Source of the DNA: Candidatus Poribacteria bacterium | GTDB lineage: Bacteria; Poribacteria; WGA-4E; WGA-3G | Reading direction: 5' to 3' | Assembly (NCBI GenBank): GCA_964291315.2 | Contig: OZ219751.1 | Location: 56,896 to 120,895, forward strand | DNA: 64,000 nt | Shown: positions 61,751 to 64,000 of the stretch, piece by piece | Layout of the letters: each line of letters opens with the position of its first letter | Position numbering within the stretch: position 1 is the stretch's first letter | Translations under genes and position numbers: made by a program | The notes under the pieces: generated by a model | What the model was told of the DNA's origin: nothing | Databases searched by the model: none | What the model saw: the letters and a program-made list of their open reading frames with translations, nothing else

Positions 61751-62692
61751 ATGAAACTTGTTACCTTTAAAACCAAATCCGTAGATATTGGCGCGAAAAT
61801 CGGGGCATGGATTGGTGATGAGCAGATCGTTGATCTCACTGCAATCGCTCCAGATATGACCCAACTCTTTGAACAGAATCGCCTCCCTGATGCACAAGCT
61901 CACATTGAGGAGATGGCAGGCGGCGCGAACGCGTCTGCAACTATTTATGGTTTTAGTGATGTGAAGTTCCTGGCACCATTTCCCTATCCAGCAAGCCTAC
62001 GAGACTTCGGAGTATTCAAAACTCATATGGATGCCGCGGCACGCATCACTGGCAAGGAAATCTCCCCAGAATGGTTCAAACTGCCGAACTATTACCGCGG
62101 CAGCACAAGCCCAGCCTCTATTGCCGGACACAAGGACATCGTTACCTGGCCCAACTACACCCAGAAGCTCGATTTCGAACTAGAGTGGGGAGTCTACATC
62201 AGCAAAATAGGGAAAAACATCCCTATAGAAGAGGCAAACGGATATATCGCCGGCTATACTATCTATAACGACATCAGTGCACGCGACATTCAATTCCGTC
62301 ACATGACAATGGCACTCGGCCCCGCTAAAGGCAAGGATTTCGATAACAGCAACATTATGGGACCCTATCTCGTTACGCCCGATGAGATCGAAGACCCCTA
62401 CAATCTCCGAATGATTGCTAGAGTGAACAATGAAGTCTGGGCTGACGGTAATACGTCAGATATGTATTACTCTTTTGAAGAGATGATCTCGTTTGTTTCA
62501 CAATCAGAAACGCTCTATCCGGGTGAATTCTTAGGCTCTGGCACCGTCGGAAAAGGGTGTGGATGGGAACTCGATCGCTGGATTCAACCCGGGGATATTA
62601 TCGAACTTGAGATTGAAAACATCGGAATACTCACAAATCAAATCGGTGAACCGGAAGTCAACCCAGCAGAATGGACAGAAAAAGGACTTTAA
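61751..62692 (+). CDS. Fumarylacetoacetate hydrolase family protein
   Basis: LDFELE, GYTIYNDISARD, GPAKGKDF, GPYLVT, TLYPGE..GSGT. Confidence 0.93.
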   Translation: MKLVTFKTKSVDIGAKIGAWIGDEQIVDLTAIAPDMTQLFEQNRLPDAQAHIEEMAGGANASATIYGFSDVKFLAPFPYPASLRDFGVFKTHMDAAARITGKEISPEWFKLPNYYRGSTSPASIAGHKDIVTWPNYTQKLDFELEWGVYISKIGKNIPIEEANGYIAGYTIYNDISARDIQFRHMTMALGPAKGKDFDNSNIMGPYLVTPDEIEDPYNLRMIARVNNEVWADGNTSDMYYSFEEMISFVSQSETLYPGEFLGSGTVGKGCGWELDRWIQPGDIIELEIENIGILTNQIGEPEVNPAEWTEKGL

Positions 62693-62738
62693 ATTGCTGG
62701 TTGGGTGTAGGTACGAAAACGGTGCCTCTTTTATTTCA

Positions 62739-62763
62739 TAGCGAGGTTTCCCACACCTCGCTG
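62739..62763. repeat. REP-like hairpin
   Basis: TAGCGAGGT-7nt-ACCTCGCTG; shares the GCGAGG stem with 31846-31879. Confidence 0.45.
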
Positions 62764-62864
62764 CGTCCTTAAGATATATAATATTTGCTATTTGTGTCCG
62801 TTCGTCATACTATTTACTGGAAATTTTTACAATAAATACCTCAACCAATGAGTAACGAAACAAA

Positions 62865-63611
62865 ATGCGACTGAAAAATAAAATAGCCATCATTACAGGC
62901 GGCGCATCCGGGATCGGAAAATCCGCTGCAATCCTTTTCGCCCAACATGGGGCAAAAATCGTCGTGGCTGATATAGATGAACAAGGAGCCAAGCAAACGG
63001 TTGCGGACATACAGGACATAGGCAACGAAGCAGTCTACGTCCAAACCGATGTCACAATTTCAGCTAACACAGAACGAATGGTAGCAGAGGCCGTTAGCAG
63101 ATACGGAAAACTAGATATTCTGCTCAGCAGTGCCGGGATTGCGATGCGACTTCCAGTCGCCGATTTGCCGGAGGAAGATTGGCACCGCTGCTTGGATGTC
63201 AACCTAACAGGAGTTTATCTCTGCGCGAAAGCCGCAATTCCCGCAATGAAAAAAAACGGAGGTTCCATCATCAACTTGTCTTCTATCTACGGACTCGTCG
63301 GCGCAGAGATCCGAGCTGCGTACGCCGCCTCCAAAGGAGGCGTCACAAATCTTACCCGCAGTATGGCACTCGACTACGCAAAAGAACATATCCGTGTTAA
63401 CTGCATCTGCCCCGGATTCGTTGAAACACCCTTAGTCGCCGAGGTTGTCAAAACACCACAGGAGTATCGCAAACTTGCGGATAGACATCCGATGCGTCGA
63501 CTCGCTCAACCCGAGGAGATTGCCTACGGCGCACTATACCTCGCCTCCGACGAATCTGCGTTCGTTACAGGCATCGCTCTACCGATTGACGGCGGCTATA
63601 CTGCAGGATAA
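62865..63611 (+). CDS. Short-chain dehydrogenase/reductase
   Basis: TGGASGIG, YAASK, IRVNCICPG, DGGYTA. Confidence 0.95.
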   Translation: MRLKNKIAIITGGASGIGKSAAILFAQHGAKIVVADIDEQGAKQTVADIQDIGNEAVYVQTDVTISANTERMVAEAVSRYGKLDILLSSAGIAMRLPVADLPEEDWHRCLDVNLTGVYLCAKAAIPAMKKNGGSIINLSSIYGLVGAEIRAAYAASKGGVTNLTRSMALDYAKEHIRVNCICPGFVETPLVAEVVKTPQEYRKLADRHPMRRLAQPEEIAYGALYLASDESAFVTGIALPIDGGYTAG

Positions 63612-63671
63612 ACCTTGAATAACCGTGAAACAGGCTCTCCTACGAATGGATCCGGAGGACTTAGAAACCCT

Positions 63672-64000
63672 GTGAGAAAAATTATCCTATCTATCTTCCT
63701 CATTCTACTCATAAACAGTGCCTATCTGTTTAGCTTCGGCGAACCGACGATCTTTTATATCCTCAACGTTCTGATCCACGTTGGAATCGGTATCGCACTG
63801 ATACCCCCGTTTAGTATTTATGCCTATAGACAATTGAGACGAATCTCAATGTTTGGACAGATAGGAATCATCGGGATAACCATTGGTATTATCAGCGGAG
63901 GGTATCTGATGATTGTCGGGGCAACAACCGCCTATCGTTGGCTTCTAATAACGCATATCAGCAGCGTAAGTGTAGGGAGTATTTTATTCTGCGTTCACCT
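63672..64000 (+). CDS. N-terminus of a membrane protein, truncated by the window edge
   Basis: Open frame from GTG: RKIILSIFLILLINSAYLFSFGEPTIFYILNVLIHVGIG...; from memory it resembles the N-termini of large TPR/multiheme proteins, which cannot be verified here. Confidence 0.6.
   Translation, partial: MRKIILSIFLILLINSAYLFSFGEPTIFYILNVLIHVGIGIALIPPFSIYAYRQLRRISMFGQIGIIGITIGIISGGYLMIVGATTAYRWLLITHISSVSVGSILFCVH

Noticed and set aside
1-64000. Selenoprotein genes or TGA reassignment
   Set aside because: No ORF shows homology continuing past an in-frame TGA; TGA serves as a normal stop (gltX, rpsP, rpsK, rnhB).

Overview
A bacterial chromosomal window in standard genetic code 11, mostly housekeeping genes. 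A decayed dockerin/EF-hand plus 'LLPNYPNPFNP...RKMVVLK' C-terminal module, a non-catalytic FGE-domain protein and heptamer-armed intergenic elements suggest Candidatus Poribacteria, but that is inference. Left to right: a BNR/YCF48-like lipoprotein running off the edge, tandem dapB paralogues, lipA, tRNA-Sec and selB, lepB plus a lepB pseudogene, lepA, DUF1080, a phnA-like hydrolase, glmM-like, yvcK, glnS-gltX, a secreted double-FGE/CLec protein, a three-gene run (beta-helix lipoprotein, UbiA, Thr-type sulfatase), ffh-rpsP-khpA-trmD-rplS-rnhB-yraN (no rimM), an orphan gene pair, tRNA-Arg(CCG), gluconolactonase, dut, folA, nagA, the str-S10-spc-alpha ribosomal cluster (no rpmD, adk, map or infA), a Tyr-rich lipoprotein/FadL-like pair, FAH, SDR and a truncated membrane protein. 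Two observations stand out. First, ribosomal proteins carry substitutions at normally near-invariant decoding-centre positions: uS12 K43N/P91S/G92N, uS5 G28R, uS7 RRVGS, and insertions in uL16 and uL6. Second, about 9 short intergenic elements with inverted heptamer-repeat arms occur, most of them in the ribosomal cluster and one at the position where rpmD normally sits. I saw no CRISPR array, transposase, integrase or reverse transcriptase. All family calls come from motif recognition by eye, with no database search.
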